Positions 52,295 to 62,080 of a stretch of 64,000 nt of DNA are shown piece after piece. A program made the translations under genes and the position numbers. The stretch is taken from assembly GCA_964344555.1 (NCBI GenBank), contig CAYFNK010000003.1:9565-73564 (forward strand), read 5' to 3'. Each line of letters opens with the position of its first letter. The stretch's first letter is position 1. The stretch is from Candidatus Woesearchaeota archaeon. Its GTDB lineage: Archaea; Nanobdellota; Nanobdellia; SCGC-AAA011-G17; PNOQ01. Under the pieces are notes generated by a model. That model searched no databases, had not been told where the DNA came from, and was given only the letters and a program-made list of their open reading frames with translations.

Positions 52295-53233
52295 ATGAAA
52301 TCCAAAGATATAATTGAACAGAAGTATAAAAATGTAACCTGTCCTAAATGCAATTCTAATCGGGTTAAGAAAGATGGAAAAAGAAAAACTAACAACAGAG
52401 GCAAAATACAAAGATACAGATGTAAAGAATGTAATCTTAGGTTTGTAGTTGATGATGGTTTTTACAGAATGAGAAACCATCCAAATAAAATTACTGCTGG
52501 AATTGATTTGTATTATAAGGGCGTTTCTTTAAGAAAAGTGCAAGAACATTTTCAAGCTTTTTATCCTCATAATTCAAGCCATATGTCAGTTTACAGATGT
52601 ATAGTAAAATATGCTGAGATGGTAGGAAACTTAGTTGATAATATTCCAATAAAATGCGGAAAGGAAATGCAAAGCGATGAAATGGAATATTATAGAAGAA
52701 AAAGTAAATACTACAAAGGCAAAGAACAAAATTGGTTTGTTGATACTTTTGATGTAGAAACTAAATTTATGGTAACTGGAAATTATATGGGAAGTAGGAC
52801 TAATGAAAACTTAATCAAAGTTATGAAAAGAGCTAAATTCAAAACAGGCGAACAAGTCGAGATTGTAACAACAGATGGATTAAGAGGTTATCCGAGAGTG
52901 TTAAGAAAAACATTCAGCTTACAATCTCCTTATCGTGCATCTTCAAAAACCAAAAGTAAGATAATTCACAATGTTGTTATAGCAGATGAGAGAGGTTATA
53001 ATTATCCTATTGAAAGATTGCACAATACAATAAGGGAGAGAACAAAAGTAATGCGTGGTTTTCATGGTTGTATAGAAAGTGCTCATGCGATTATGAAAGG
53101 TTTAGAGATTAATTATAATTTTAATAGAAGGCATATGTCTTTAGGCAAAAAGACACCTGCCGAGATTGCTATACCTCAATTAGAATTAGGAGTTAATAAG
53201 TGGTTAGATTTGATTAGGATATCAAAATTATGA
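52295..53233 (+). CDS. DDE transposase with N-terminal zinc ribbon (IS1595/IS6-like), copy 2 (diverged)
   Basis: 312 aa. Same architecture as 28457..29401 (CPKC...CKEC, KGVSLRKVQEHFQAFYP, SDEMEY, TTDGLRGY, IERLHNTIRERTK...RGFHG). No TIRs recognised around it. Confidence 0.75.
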   Translation: MKSKDIIEQKYKNVTCPKCNSNRVKKDGKRKTNNRGKIQRYRCKECNLRFVVDDGFYRMRNHPNKITAGIDLYYKGVSLRKVQEHFQAFYPHNSSHMSVYRCIVKYAEMVGNLVDNIPIKCGKEMQSDEMEYYRRKSKYYKGKEQNWFVDTFDVETKFMVTGNYMGSRTNENLIKVMKRAKFKTGEQVEIVTTDGLRGYPRVLRKTFSLQSPYRASSKTKSKIIHNVVIADERGYNYPIERLHNTIRERTKVMRGFHGCIESAHAIMKGLEINYNFNRRHMSLGKKTPAEIAIPQLELGVNKWLDLIRISKL

Positions 53234-53863
53234 TTATATATCACCAATATCCCACAAATAATATATATTTTTGATTGATTTAATTTTAATCTTTTTTATA
53301 GGTTCTCCTATTAAAACTGCCTTATATCCCACATTTAATGCAGGAACTATATCGACTTCTAAGTTATTACCTACAATGAGAACTTCCTCTTTTTTCAATT
53401 TGTTTTCCTTTCTTATATATTCATAAACAGGTAATTTGGATGTTCTTGGAAGAAAATCTACTGAATAATATGTTTTTTTAATTAAATTATTTATTCCTAA
53501 TGTTCTTTGCAGATTTTTTGAATATTTCTTTGAAGAAAAGGTCACTACGAATTTTTTTCCTTTTAGGTTTTTTAAGATAGAGATAAGTTTTTCATCTCTA
53601 GACAGATATTTATTTGGTTTTGTGGCATCAAAAACATTTTTATGGTAATTTTTTATAGATAGACTTAATGATTGAAATCCTTCTAAAGCATTAGGATATT
53701 TTTTTGGGAGTTTTCTATATAAATCCTCCATTTCCTTTTTATCTAAGGAAAGTCTATCCATTATCCATTTTTTAGTTTTCTCCCTTAAAATATTTGTAAG
53801 CTCGCTCTTCTCTGGATAAAAAGTTCCGTCTTGATCAAATATAAAACATTTAATTTCTTTCAT
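53234..53863 (-). CDS. HAD-superfamily hydrolase
   Basis: 209 aa. Motif I FIFDQDGTFY. Later motifs include KGKKFVVTFSSKKY and IVGNNLEVDI. Confidence 0.7.
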   Translation of the reverse strand: MKEIKCFIFDQDGTFYPEKSELTNILREKTKKWIMDRLSLDKKEMEDLYRKLPKKYPNALEGFQSLSLSIKNYHKNVFDATKPNKYLSRDEKLISILKNLKGKKFVVTFSSKKYSKNLQRTLGINNLIKKTYYSVDFLPRTSKLPVYEYIRKENKLKKEEVLIVGNNLEVDIVPALNVGYKAVLIGEPIKKIKIKSIKNIYYLWDIGDI

Positions 53864-54855
53864 GGTCTAAAAACTATTTTAATAGCTCCCGAATCTTTTT
53901 TATTTTTTATTAAGTTTAATCCTTTCTTAAATTCCTTCAAAGGTATTGTGTGAGTTATAATTTTTGAGAATCTTGTTCTTAATTTTTTTAACAAATTTAT
54001 TGCAATATCAAATTCGTTTTTTCCATTAAAAAAACCATAAGAATTTGAGCCGAGAATTTTTGCTTCTTTATAAAAGGTATCTCTTAAAGGAATTTTACCC
54101 AAAAAATTTTTTTCAAATACTCCAAGAACTATTATTTTACCATGTGGCTTTATGAGCCTTATAGCTTGCTGTAATGTTTTGTCTTGCTTTCTTCCGACAA
54201 TCTCAAAAATGATATCATAATCCTTCATTAACTTTTTGGCCCTATTAATTTTTAGAGTATCTATTCCAAGAGTGGAAGCTAATTTTAAATTTCTATCATT
54301 TTTTCCAATAATTGTTACTTTGTTTCCAAATTCAAGACAAAGGAGACCTGTGATTAATGCGAGAGACCCATCTCCAATTACCAGTATATCTTTTTTAGTA
54401 GGAGAATCCGAAAGATTATATCCATGTAATGCTACTGCAATACTATCTACTAATACAGCTTCTTCAAATTTTATACTAGAAGGAATTTTCTTTAAATTTT
54501 GATACGGAACTAAAAGAAACTCTGCAAAACCTCCAGGATAATCCTTGCCTATAGATTTGGTTTTGATAATGTCTTCATTTTTCTTTCTAACTAAAGTGTT
54601 TACAACTACTCTATCTCCTACTTTAAATTTTTTTACATTTTTCCCAACTTCTTGTATTACGCCAGAAATTTCATGACCCCAAATTTTTGTTTTTACTGAA
54701 TTTAAGGCCTTTCGATCAGAAAATAATTTCCGGGTATCACTTCCACAGAGTCCAGCAGCTCTTACATTTACTTTTATATAATCTTTTTTTGTTTTTGGTT
54801 CTTTAATTTCCTTATAATCTATTTTTCCATTCTTAGAGATAATTATTGCTTTCAT
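53860..54855 (-). CDS. Zinc-binding alcohol dehydrogenase family (MDR) oxidoreductase
   Basis: 331 aa: GLCGSD, GHEISGVI, GDGSLALITG Rossmann motif. Confidence 0.8.
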   Translation of the reverse strand: MKAIIISKNGKIDYKEIKEPKTKKDYIKVNVRAAGLCGSDTRKLFSDRKALNSVKTKIWGHEISGVIQEVGKNVKKFKVGDRVVVNTLVRKKNEDIIKTKSIGKDYPGGFAEFLLVPYQNLKKIPSSIKFEEAVLVDSIAVALHGYNLSDSPTKKDILVIGDGSLALITGLLCLEFGNKVTIIGKNDRNLKLASTLGIDTLKINRAKKLMKDYDIIFEIVGRKQDKTLQQAIRLIKPHGKIIVLGVFEKNFLGKIPLRDTFYKEAKILGSNSYGFFNGKNEFDIAINLLKKLRTRFSKIITHTIPLKEFKKGLNLIKNKKDSGAIKIVFRP

Positions 54856-54856
54856 T

Positions 54857-55978
54857 TTATAGATGCTTCTTTATTTTTTTCTCATCTCCATTTGTTTCTT
54901 TAATTACTTCTAACAATTTTTTAAAGGGGAGTCCTTTTTTAATAACTTTTTTAGAAATCATATAACCTTCTTTAAGATTTTTTGCTTTTTTAGCTAAATA
55001 AAGAATTGTTCCAGCATCGATACAGATTATGTCTTCTCTTGCTTTTTCACCTTTGCCCCTTAGAACATCTATAGCCAGTTTAATATTATCTTTTTTATTC
55101 TCTCCTTCACAAATATCTTTAGGTTTATATTTTGGTAATTTTAATTCAGTCAATGGATTAAATGTTTTGGTATATCCTATCTTGCCATTCTGAATACCTT
55201 TTATTTTAGTTAATCCATAAACACCCATTTCATCAATGTAATGTATTTTATCATTAGTTGTAGAAGCCACCATTACATTGTTAATTCCGAATTTTTTCAA
55301 AACATTTACAGCGAGATCTATGTTTGGGTGGGCTAAACCATATAAAAAGTTGTCATATTTAATTGGGCTTGCCAATGCGGCTAAACCAAAACTCAGGGCA
55401 TGTGGAGCATAAAATTTTTTCGCATAAATTGAATCAAATTTGGGTAAGAGACTTTCTATTGTAAATACTCCAAATCTTGTTTTTGTTATTATTTTTTCCA
55501 TTTCTTTAACTGAGAGATTAAGATTTATCCCAACTTCTCGCAGAAGATCTGCAGAGCCAGTTAAAGAACTTGTAGAACTAGAAGCCACTTTTGCTGTAAA
55601 TGCGCCGGCACTCGCAGCAGTTAAAAGCGCAGGTGTAGAAATATTCATTGTCTTTACTCCCTTTTTCCCGCTACCTATTGCTCCCACTAGTACTTCTCCT
55701 AGAGGAATTTTTATTTTGTGTCTTTTCTTAGGATTAAATTTATCTAATTTGAAGACAGATTTTAATAGTGTTACAATTTCATCTGTTGTTGGTCCTCTTG
55801 ACATTATTCCAGTTAAGATTGCTCCCAATTGGATATCTCTTATTGATTGTTTGGGATTAGATAGAACAGAATCAAAAGCTTTTTCTAGAAGCCTAAGATC
55901 TATTTTTGATTGGACATTAAGCCTATACAAAACTTCACTAACTGCATCATTTTTATCTATTCTTTCCATTTTGAGCAT
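54857..55978 (-). CDS. Glycosyl transferase family 3 protein (anthranilate/nucleoside phosphoribosyltransferase-like, TrpD-like)
   Basis: 373 aa. GSGKKGVKTMNISTPALLTAASAG and SLTGSADLLREVG correspond to the TrpD GTGGD...NIST and SADVLEALG blocks. Confidence 0.6.
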   Translation of the reverse strand: MLKMERIDKNDAVSEVLYRLNVQSKIDLRLLEKAFDSVLSNPKQSIRDIQLGAILTGIMSRGPTTDEIVTLLKSVFKLDKFNPKKRHKIKIPLGEVLVGAIGSGKKGVKTMNISTPALLTAASAGAFTAKVASSSTSSLTGSADLLREVGINLNLSVKEMEKIITKTRFGVFTIESLLPKFDSIYAKKFYAPHALSFGLAALASPIKYDNFLYGLAHPNIDLAVNVLKKFGINNVMVASTTNDKIHYIDEMGVYGLTKIKGIQNGKIGYTKTFNPLTELKLPKYKPKDICEGENKKDNIKLAIDVLRGKGEKAREDIICIDAGTILYLAKKAKNLKEGYMISKKVIKKGLPFKKLLEVIKETNGDEKKIKKHL

Positions 55979-57027
55979 ATTTTTATTAGAACATTAGCAT
56001 AATCTCTCTTTGCCTCTTCCCAGTCTGAGCCTCTCTTTAAACATAAACGATATAATTTCTTAATTTCTTCTGCAGTATAATAACTTACAGAAGCCATCAT
56101 TTGATAAACAACATTATTCTCTGGTTTATCATATTTCCCTTCACCATTGATTATCTTATCCCTTATTTCTTCTGATTTCATATTCACATTAATACTTGAT
56201 TTTGGAAAGCTCTTTGACATCTTTGGATAATCATAAAAGCCTTTTATCATTGGAGAATAAATCGCAGAAAGAGTCATATTGAAATTATTAAATTGTTTAC
56301 TTTTTTTCATTCTCTTTATTGTTTCTTTTCCAAATCTAATATATTGGTGTTCATCTATACCAAGCATAACGAGGACATTTTTATACTTTTTAGCCATATG
56401 AAGATGGATGAAATCTGCAATCATCAGATTTAAAGATAATTTTCTTCGGTAACTCATCCCTTTATCTACCTTACCTCTTTTATGATAGAAAGAATGAAGG
56501 TCTTCTTCAGCTTCATTAAACATTTTATCGTCCATGAAATGTCCTATAATGTAAGCTGTCCGTAAAATGTCTAGTTTATCATATTGTGCCCTAAGAATAG
56601 ATCCCTTTCTCTTATTAAAACCAAGAGATAATATAAACTTCTCATATTTTTTTGCTAATTCCAGTGTTCTTTTCAAATCAATATTTTTACCATTATAAGC
56701 ATCTAAATCCCCTAATACTATCTGAACAGGAATGCCTGCTTTTTGTAATGCTATTGATCTCAAAATTTGTGAAAGTGTTCCTACATGTGGTTCTCCTGAT
56801 AATCCAAATCCCGTACTTACAATTACTTTTTTACCTTCTCTTAAATCTTTAGCAAAGCTTTTTCCATCATGATGACACAACCACATTCTTTGAAGGTCGT
56901 CTTTTTTTAAATTTCCCAGTGAAAAATTAATCTTCTCAAATTCTAATGGATTATAACCAAATTCCTTCATAAGAGGATTATAATATTTTTTGTCGAAGAC
57001 TACTATTATTTCTCTCTTTTTTGCCAT
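55957..57027 (-). CDS. Class Ic aminoacyl-tRNA synthetase, TrpRS-like (degenerate HIGH motif)
   Basis: 356 aa. KMSKS is present. The HIGH position reads GEPHVGT. The Rossmann core resembles archaeal TrpRS/TyrRS. Confidence 0.5.
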   Translation of the reverse strand: MAKKREIIVVFDKKYYNPLMKEFGYNPLEFEKINFSLGNLKKDDLQRMWLCHHDGKSFAKDLREGKKVIVSTGFGLSGEPHVGTLSQILRSIALQKAGIPVQIVLGDLDAYNGKNIDLKRTLELAKKYEKFILSLGFNKRKGSILRAQYDKLDILRTAYIIGHFMDDKMFNEAEEDLHSFYHKRGKVDKGMSYRRKLSLNLMIADFIHLHMAKKYKNVLVMLGIDEHQYIRFGKETIKRMKKSKQFNNFNMTLSAIYSPMIKGFYDYPKMSKSFPKSSINVNMKSEEIRDKIINGEGKYDKPENNVVYQMMASVSYYTAEEIKKLYRLCLKRGSDWEEAKRDYANVLIKICSKWKE

Positions 57028-57029
57028 TT

Positions 57030-58043
57030 CTATCCATAAGCCTTTTTATGAAGATTTAGCAATTCTTTATCGTCTCTAAATCTTCTTAATAAGAGATTTA
57101 ATTCTTTAGCAACTGCATTTTTTAAATCCAATGGATGTAGTTTTTTGGATTTGAAGTCTTTTTCAATTTCTTCATAACTTCCATACTCAATATTTCCTCC
57201 AAACTTCTCAGATCTTTCAACTGTGAAACCTCTTTTTGCATCTTTTTTCAAGATCATAATCAAATATTTTAAAAGAGACATTATTCCATTATCAGGATCT
57301 CCCTCAATACACTCTGCACCATTTATCTTTTTCTTGAGATTATCTTCATTATCTAGTAAATCAATTTTTGTTGCTTCTATGCTAGAACTCATTTTTTCAC
57401 CGACTAATCCTCTAATCATTGGAGACATTAACTCTACTCTTGGTTTATATCCAATCTTTGGAAGATATTCTCTAGCGTAAACCATTATCTTTCTTTGATC
57501 TAATCCAGCATATTGAATATCTACTTTAAGGTATTCTTCATCTAATGTTTGCATTATGGGATAAACAAGATTCCCTAAAAGAGGATTATCTGTCATCTTC
57601 ACTACTTCAGATGCTGCTTTATTGCAATTTCTAATAGTAGAAACCATACCTAATTTCAATACATCTTCAAAATACTTTCCATTTAATTGTAAATTGCTCC
57701 CCTTAACAAATTCAAGTTTTTTTATGTCCACCCCAATTGTTTTTAAGATTAGAACTATTGCTTTTTTATAGTATTCCGTTCTTTTCTCTAATAACTCCCA
57801 TGGAACTCCATCTAAGGCCGCATGTAAATCTGCTAATAGAATTTTAACCTTTAATCCAGCCTTTAAAAAATCAGCTATTTTTAACATCGGAAAAAAATAC
57901 GCTATAGAGATACTTCCTGTAGGCATAGTCCCCCAATAAACAGAGATTTCTTTTTTCTTCTTCAATAATTCCTCTAACTCCTCTTTTGTGATTACCTCTT
58001 GCAAATTCCTCGTTATTAAATTGATTCTTTCTTTTAATTCCAC
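57030..58043 (-). CDS. tyrS: Archaeal-type tyrosyl-tRNA synthetase (HIGH replaced by ISIAY)
   Basis: 337 aa. Collinear with the M. jannaschii-type TyrRS (LLADLHA, YPIMQ, KMSSS, KFGGxxxxxSYEExExxFKxKxLHPxDLKNAVAxEL). The HIGH site is PTGSISIAYF. Confidence 0.7.
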   Translation of the reverse strand: MELKERINLITRNLQEVITKEELEELLKKKKEISVYWGTMPTGSISIAYFFPMLKIADFLKAGLKVKILLADLHAALDGVPWELLEKRTEYYKKAIVLILKTIGVDIKKLEFVKGSNLQLNGKYFEDVLKLGMVSTIRNCNKAASEVVKMTDNPLLGNLVYPIMQTLDEEYLKVDIQYAGLDQRKIMVYAREYLPKIGYKPRVELMSPMIRGLVGEKMSSSIEATKIDLLDNEDNLKKKINGAECIEGDPDNGIMSLLKYLIMILKKDAKRGFTVERSEKFGGNIEYGSYEEIEKDFKSKKLHPLDLKNAVAKELNLLLRRFRDDKELLNLHKKAYG

Positions 58044-58091
58044 CTTAATATTTTTAGATAAAACTTATTTATAAAGATGTTTATTTGATTC

Positions 58092-59303
58092 TTACTCTTT
58101 TTCATATTTTAATCTTCTAAAATATCTTTTTCCAATTTGAACAACTTGGTCGTCCCGAGGAGAAACAACATAGCTGATATCATTAATAGTCTCCCCATCA
58201 AGTCTTACTCCACCTTGCTCTATAAGTCTCCTAGCTTCACTATTAGAACTTATCCTTCCCATCTGTCTAAGAACTTTCACAATTGACAAACCATCCTCAT
58301 TTGTTGCATATTTTATAACCTGTTCTTCTAATTTCTCTGGAACATTCTTTTTTCTGTGTACATAGTTGAATCTTTCTTCAGCAGAGATTGCAAGATTTTG
58401 GTCGTGATATCTAGAGATAATTTCCCTTGCTAATCTTTGTTTGTACTCCATAGGATTCACACTTCCAGAAGAAATAGCTGTTCTAATCTCTTGAAATTCT
58501 TCTAAAGGAGTTTCAGATAGTAACTCATAATATTTTAGCATTAAATCATCAGAAATAGACATTATTTTTCCGTACATATCATTAGGATTATCATTTACAC
58601 CTATTGCATTTCCAAAACTTTTGCTCATCTTCCTAACACCATCTACTCCTTCGAGCAAAGGAAGCGATATGATCACTTCTGGTTCTTGTCCATATGCTTT
58701 TTGTATTTCTCGACTTGCCATGAAATTAAATAATTGGTCTGTTCCTCCGATTTCTACATCGCTTTTAAGGTGTACAGAGTCATAGCCAACGAGAAGGGGG
58801 TACAACAATTCAGTAACAGAGAGTGGTCTACTCTGTTTTATTCTCTCTCCAAAATCTCTTCTCTGTAAAAGCTGTTGAACTGTATATTTTGAACCCAATT
58901 TAATAACATCTGTTCCAGAAAATCTTTCTAACCACTGGCCATTATATACCAAATCGGTTCTATCAGGATCTAAAATCTTAAAGACTTGTTTTTGATATGT
59001 CTTCATGTTGCTCTCTATTTCTTCTCTAGTTAGTGTAGGTCTTGTTTCACTTCTTCCACTTGGATCACCTATCATTGCAGTATAATCTCCTATTATCAAT
59101 TGGATATTGTGTCCTGAATCTTGAAACTGTTTTAATTTTTGTAAAGGTACAGTGTGACCTAGGTGAATATCTGGAGCTGTAGGATCCACTCCAAATTTAA
59201 CATTAAGGGGTCTATTTTGTTTTAGTTTTCTAACTAACTCTTCTTCTGCGAGGATATCTACAGAGCCCCTTCTAATTTCTCCTAATTGGTCTTCAAGTGT
59301 CAT
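58092..59303 (-). CDS. tyrS: Bacterial-type tyrosyl-tRNA synthetase with C-terminal S4 domain
   Basis: 403 aa. HIGH motif DIHLGHTVPL, GDYTAMIGDPSG, QxxDxG, KMSKS. C-terminal S4 RNA-binding domain (ARRLIEQGGVRLDGETIND). Confidence 0.8.
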   Translation of the reverse strand: MTLEDQLGEIRRGSVDILAEEELVRKLKQNRPLNVKFGVDPTAPDIHLGHTVPLQKLKQFQDSGHNIQLIIGDYTAMIGDPSGRSETRPTLTREEIESNMKTYQKQVFKILDPDRTDLVYNGQWLERFSGTDVIKLGSKYTVQQLLQRRDFGERIKQSRPLSVTELLYPLLVGYDSVHLKSDVEIGGTDQLFNFMASREIQKAYGQEPEVIISLPLLEGVDGVRKMSKSFGNAIGVNDNPNDMYGKIMSISDDLMLKYYELLSETPLEEFQEIRTAISSGSVNPMEYKQRLAREIISRYHDQNLAISAEERFNYVHRKKNVPEKLEEQVIKYATNEDGLSIVKVLRQMGRISSNSEARRLIEQGGVRLDGETINDISYVVSPRDDQVVQIGKRYFRRLKYEKE

Positions 59304-59445
59304 TTTTATGTCTTAAGTATTTTTTCTTAATATACATTTAGGACAGGACATTACTTTTAAAGCTTTCTATATTTACTACTTTATAGTTAATATAATAAAA
59401 ATTAGGCAGAAGATAACTTCCTTTAACGTTACAATGTATGCAATA

Positions 59446-59517
59446 TGAGCCCGGAGAGAATCGAACTCCCGACCTTCACCAAGTCAAGGTGATGTCATAC
59501 CACTAGACCACGGGCTC
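59446..59517 (-). tRNA. tRNA-Val (GAC)
   Basis: Reverse complement GAGCCCGTGGTCTAGTGG...TCACCTTGACTTGGTGA...GGTTCGATTCTCTCCGGGCTCA. Confidence 0.85.
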
Positions 59518-59541
59518 AAAATTAATGAATAATAAAAATAA

Positions 59542-60114
59542 TTATTTTCTTTTAAGAAATCTAACTTCAAAAACACCAATAGGATATATCTTGCTCAATT
59601 TTTGTTTCATATTTTTTTGTAAGGAATAATTTATTACTTCATCAAATAATTTGTTGGAAGTTTTTTTACTTATTTCATTAGATACCAACTCTCTTGCAGA
59701 TTTTCCTATCGCAGTTAAAACCCCCTTGGAAACCTTTCCCCTAGTAAGTATGATATATTTAATTGTAAAATCTTTACCATCCTTTGATTTAACAACATGT
59801 GAAATGTCTAATTTACTTTTTCTTTTCCTAACCATCCTCTTAACATACCCAGGAAGCATCTTATAAGAAATAAGTTCAGTAACTCCAGAATCATCTTTTA
59901 CAGAACTTACTTTGAAAGTTAAACGTATATTTGAATTTCTAGTTCTGGCAACAGCCATCATGTTAACTCTGACTTCTTTTCCAACAAGATCTCCAGAATC
60001 AAGAACATAAGCTTCTCCAAGCTCTTTCTTTCCAAATTCTGAAGGAGCAAAAATTGAGATCCATCTCTTTTTCTTCTTGCTCAAACTTTGTGTTTTTCTT
60101 TTTACTTTTGCCAT
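59542..60114 (-). CDS. rps3ae: 30S ribosomal protein S3Ae (S1e)
   Basis: 190 aa: MAKVKRKTQSLSKKKKRWISIFAPSEFG...VRVNMMAV... S3Ae family. Confidence 0.85.
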   Translation of the reverse strand: MAKVKRKTQSLSKKKKRWISIFAPSEFGKKELGEAYVLDSGDLVGKEVRVNMMAVARTRNSNIRLTFKVSSVKDDSGVTELISYKMLPGYVKRMVRKRKSKLDISHVVKSKDGKDFTIKYIILTRGKVSKGVLTAIGKSARELVSNEISKKTSNKLFDEVINYSLQKNMKQKLSKIYPIGVFEVRFLKRK

Positions 60115-60116
60115 AT

Positions 60117-60572
60117 TTAACTACCAACTAATAATTTAGCTTTGTTTTTATCATATTTCCAATCTTTTGAAAGTTTTCCACTTTTCTTGTAATATCTAAT
60201 TAATCTATTAATTTTACTTTCCGTAAGTCTTAATCCTCTCTTAGCAGTTTGATCTTTGTGATTGCCTTCTAAATGTTTAAGAATTTCTATTTGTCTCTTG
60301 ATTAAAAATGTAAGATCTTCGGGAACATTATAAGTTATTTTATTCTTTTCAAGAATTTCAGTAATTCTTTTTTTAGTTAAAGTTTTTACATCGGGTATTC
60401 CATATGAATCTCTAAGAACTAAACCAATTTGTGAAGGTTTCATATCTTGTTTACCAAGCTTAACAACTAAATCCTCAATTTCCTTAGTTTTGTATCTAAC
60501 CCAAGGAGCACTTTTCTTTTCTAAAGGCTTAGTGCTTCCACTTTTTCCTTTTTTTCTTGAATGCATACGTGC
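60117..60572 (-). CDS. rps15: 30S ribosomal protein S15 (S13e)
   Basis: MARMHSRKKGKSGSTKP...GLVLRDSYGIP...HLE.N.KD...RGL... S15P/S13e. The start was taken at the internal Met. Confidence 0.85.
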   Translation of the reverse strand, partial: ARMHSRKKGKSGSTKPLEKKSAPWVRYKTKEIEDLVVKLGKQDMKPSQIGLVLRDSYGIPDVKTLTKKRITEILEKNKITYNVPEDLTFLIKRQIEILKHLEGNHKDQTAKRGLRLTESKINRLIRYYKKSGKLSKDWKYDKNKAKLLVGS

Positions 60573-60688
60573 CATTTTAATTGTTAAATCCAGAAATAGT
60601 AATTTTATCTCTGGCATAAGTAAGCCCTCACCAACCTATCCTTTGATATTTGTGAAAATAATTTATTTATAAAACTTTGGTTTGATAA

Positions 60689-60958
60689 TTATTTTTTATT
60701 TATTCTTCTAACCGTTGAAGCTCTTATGAATGCAAAAATTATTCCAATTCCAATAAGAACATAAAAACTTGTGAATATTTTTCCAGCGTCAGTTATGGGA
60801 ACTAAATCTCCATAACCAACAGTAGTCAAAGTTATTACACTAAAATACATTGAATCTAGAACATTCCAACCTTCAACAAAGTTATAAAATAAAGTTCCTA
60901 TTAACAACGTTATAATTACTGTAGAAATTAATATATTAAATGTGTGTTCGTCATTCAT
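60689..60958 (-). CDS. Minimal 2-TM potassium channel (89 aa), pore only
   Basis: TM1, pore helix and selectivity filter TLTTVGYGD, TM2. No cytoplasmic domain. Confidence 0.75.
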   Translation of the reverse strand: MNDEHTFNILISTVIITLLIGTLFYNFVEGWNVLDSMYFSVITLTTVGYGDLVPITDAGKIFTSFYVLIGIGIIFAFIRASTVRRINKK

Positions 60959-60993
60959 GATAAGATTTTTAATTTAAATATATAAAAGATTAA

Positions 60994-61944
60994 CTAAATA
61001 CTTCCTCCCCAGTAATCTCCAGAACATTCTGCAACTTCTAAATCCCCTGTTGGAACACAAGTTATATTACTCAAACCACCCTCACAATGAAATCCAGTAG
61101 TGATTTGTCCATTTGCCCAACGATTAAACATATCTACTAAATCAAGAGTATCAAATAAACAAATACCCTCTATGCCTATACTTGAAGATAGATCATTTTG
61201 CATATCTTGTTGAATTTGAACTATCTGTTCCTGAGTTTGTCCCGCTTCTAAATAATTGTTTATAGCTTCTTCAGTAAAGATTAATGAATAATCTTCATGG
61301 ACTAAATAATACTCACATTTACCAGATTCTATGCCTCTAATTTCAAAATGATCCATAGAAGTTATTTGAACTCCATAAAACACAGCCACACCATGCATAT
61401 CATATTCTACTAATTCACAATTTTCAGCCGCGTTTGCAACACAGCTATAAACTGACTCAGCATTTGTTGTTTCCCCCTCATCAAATGGATTATCTTCTAC
61501 ATACCTAGTTATAACTCCACAATCAATAATTTCCCCTTCTACAACTTCTTCTGAACTTTCTTCTTCACCAGATTCTTCTTCAGAACTTTCTTCGTCTGAG
61601 GATTCTTCATCGCTAGATTCTTCTTCAGAATCTTCTCTTGATTCTTCTTCAGCAGGTTCATCAGCTTCTTCTGAATCTTCCATATCTTCATCAGATGATT
61701 CTTCGTCAGATTTTTCTTCAGAAGCAGATTCCCCAGTAGTTTCTGTTGTAGGGAGTGTACTAACACCAGATCCTGGTTCTTGAGTAGAGAGTAAAAAAAA
61801 CAAAATACCAGAAATAAAAACTAAAATAAAGATAGAGAGGAACAACAACTTTTTATTTGAGTTTTGAAGAAGATTATGATTATCCTCCCACATGCTATTT
61901 CCTTCTACTTCAATATCCTCATTATAAAATGAATCATCAGCCAT
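60994..61944 (-). CDS. membrane-anchored acidic, Cys-rich hypothetical protein
   Basis: 316 aa. TM LLFLSIFILVFISGILFFLL. Long Ser/Glu/Asp low-complexity tract (ESSDEESSDEE...). C-terminal Cys-containing globular domain. Confidence 0.5.
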   Translation of the reverse strand: MADDSFYNEDIEVEGNSMWEDNHNLLQNSNKKLLFLSIFILVFISGILFFLLSTQEPGSGVSTLPTTETTGESASEEKSDEESSDEDMEDSEEADEPAEEESREDSEEESSDEESSDEESSEEESGEEESSEEVVEGEIIDCGVITRYVEDNPFDEGETTNAESVYSCVANAAENCELVEYDMHGVAVFYGVQITSMDHFEIRGIESGKCEYYLVHEDYSLIFTEEAINNYLEAGQTQEQIVQIQQDMQNDLSSSIGIEGICLFDTLDLVDMFNRWANGQITTGFHCEGGLSNITCVPTGDLEVAECSGDYWGGSI

Positions 61945-62080
61945 ATTCTACACAATCAGTATCACAATCAACATCAGAACCAAAGCTATCTTCAACTCTC
62001 AATGGAGATTCTTGCGCACAACTAGAAATAAATAAAATACTAATCAAAAACAAACTTACAAATAATAATCTTTTTTTCAT
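61937..62080 (-). CDS. 47-aa lipoprotein-signal ORF (MKKRLLFVSLFLISILFISSC...), probably a remnant duplicated signal-peptide gene fragment
   Basis: The first about 14 codons and about 40 nt are near-identical to the start of 37575..38288. Ends at TGA overlapping the ATG of 60994..61944 (ATGGCTGATGA). Confidence 0.3.
   Translation of the reverse strand: MKKRLLFVSLFLISILFISSCAQESPLRVEDSFGSDVDCDTDCVEYG

Noticed and set aside
52148-53300. Terminal inverted repeats or target duplication around the second transposase copy
   Set aside because: No match to the 23-bp TIR of the first element and no convincing inverted termini were found. Only an AT-rich quasi-palindrome (TATTATTAACTAATAATA) lies upstream, so no IS boundaries are claimed.
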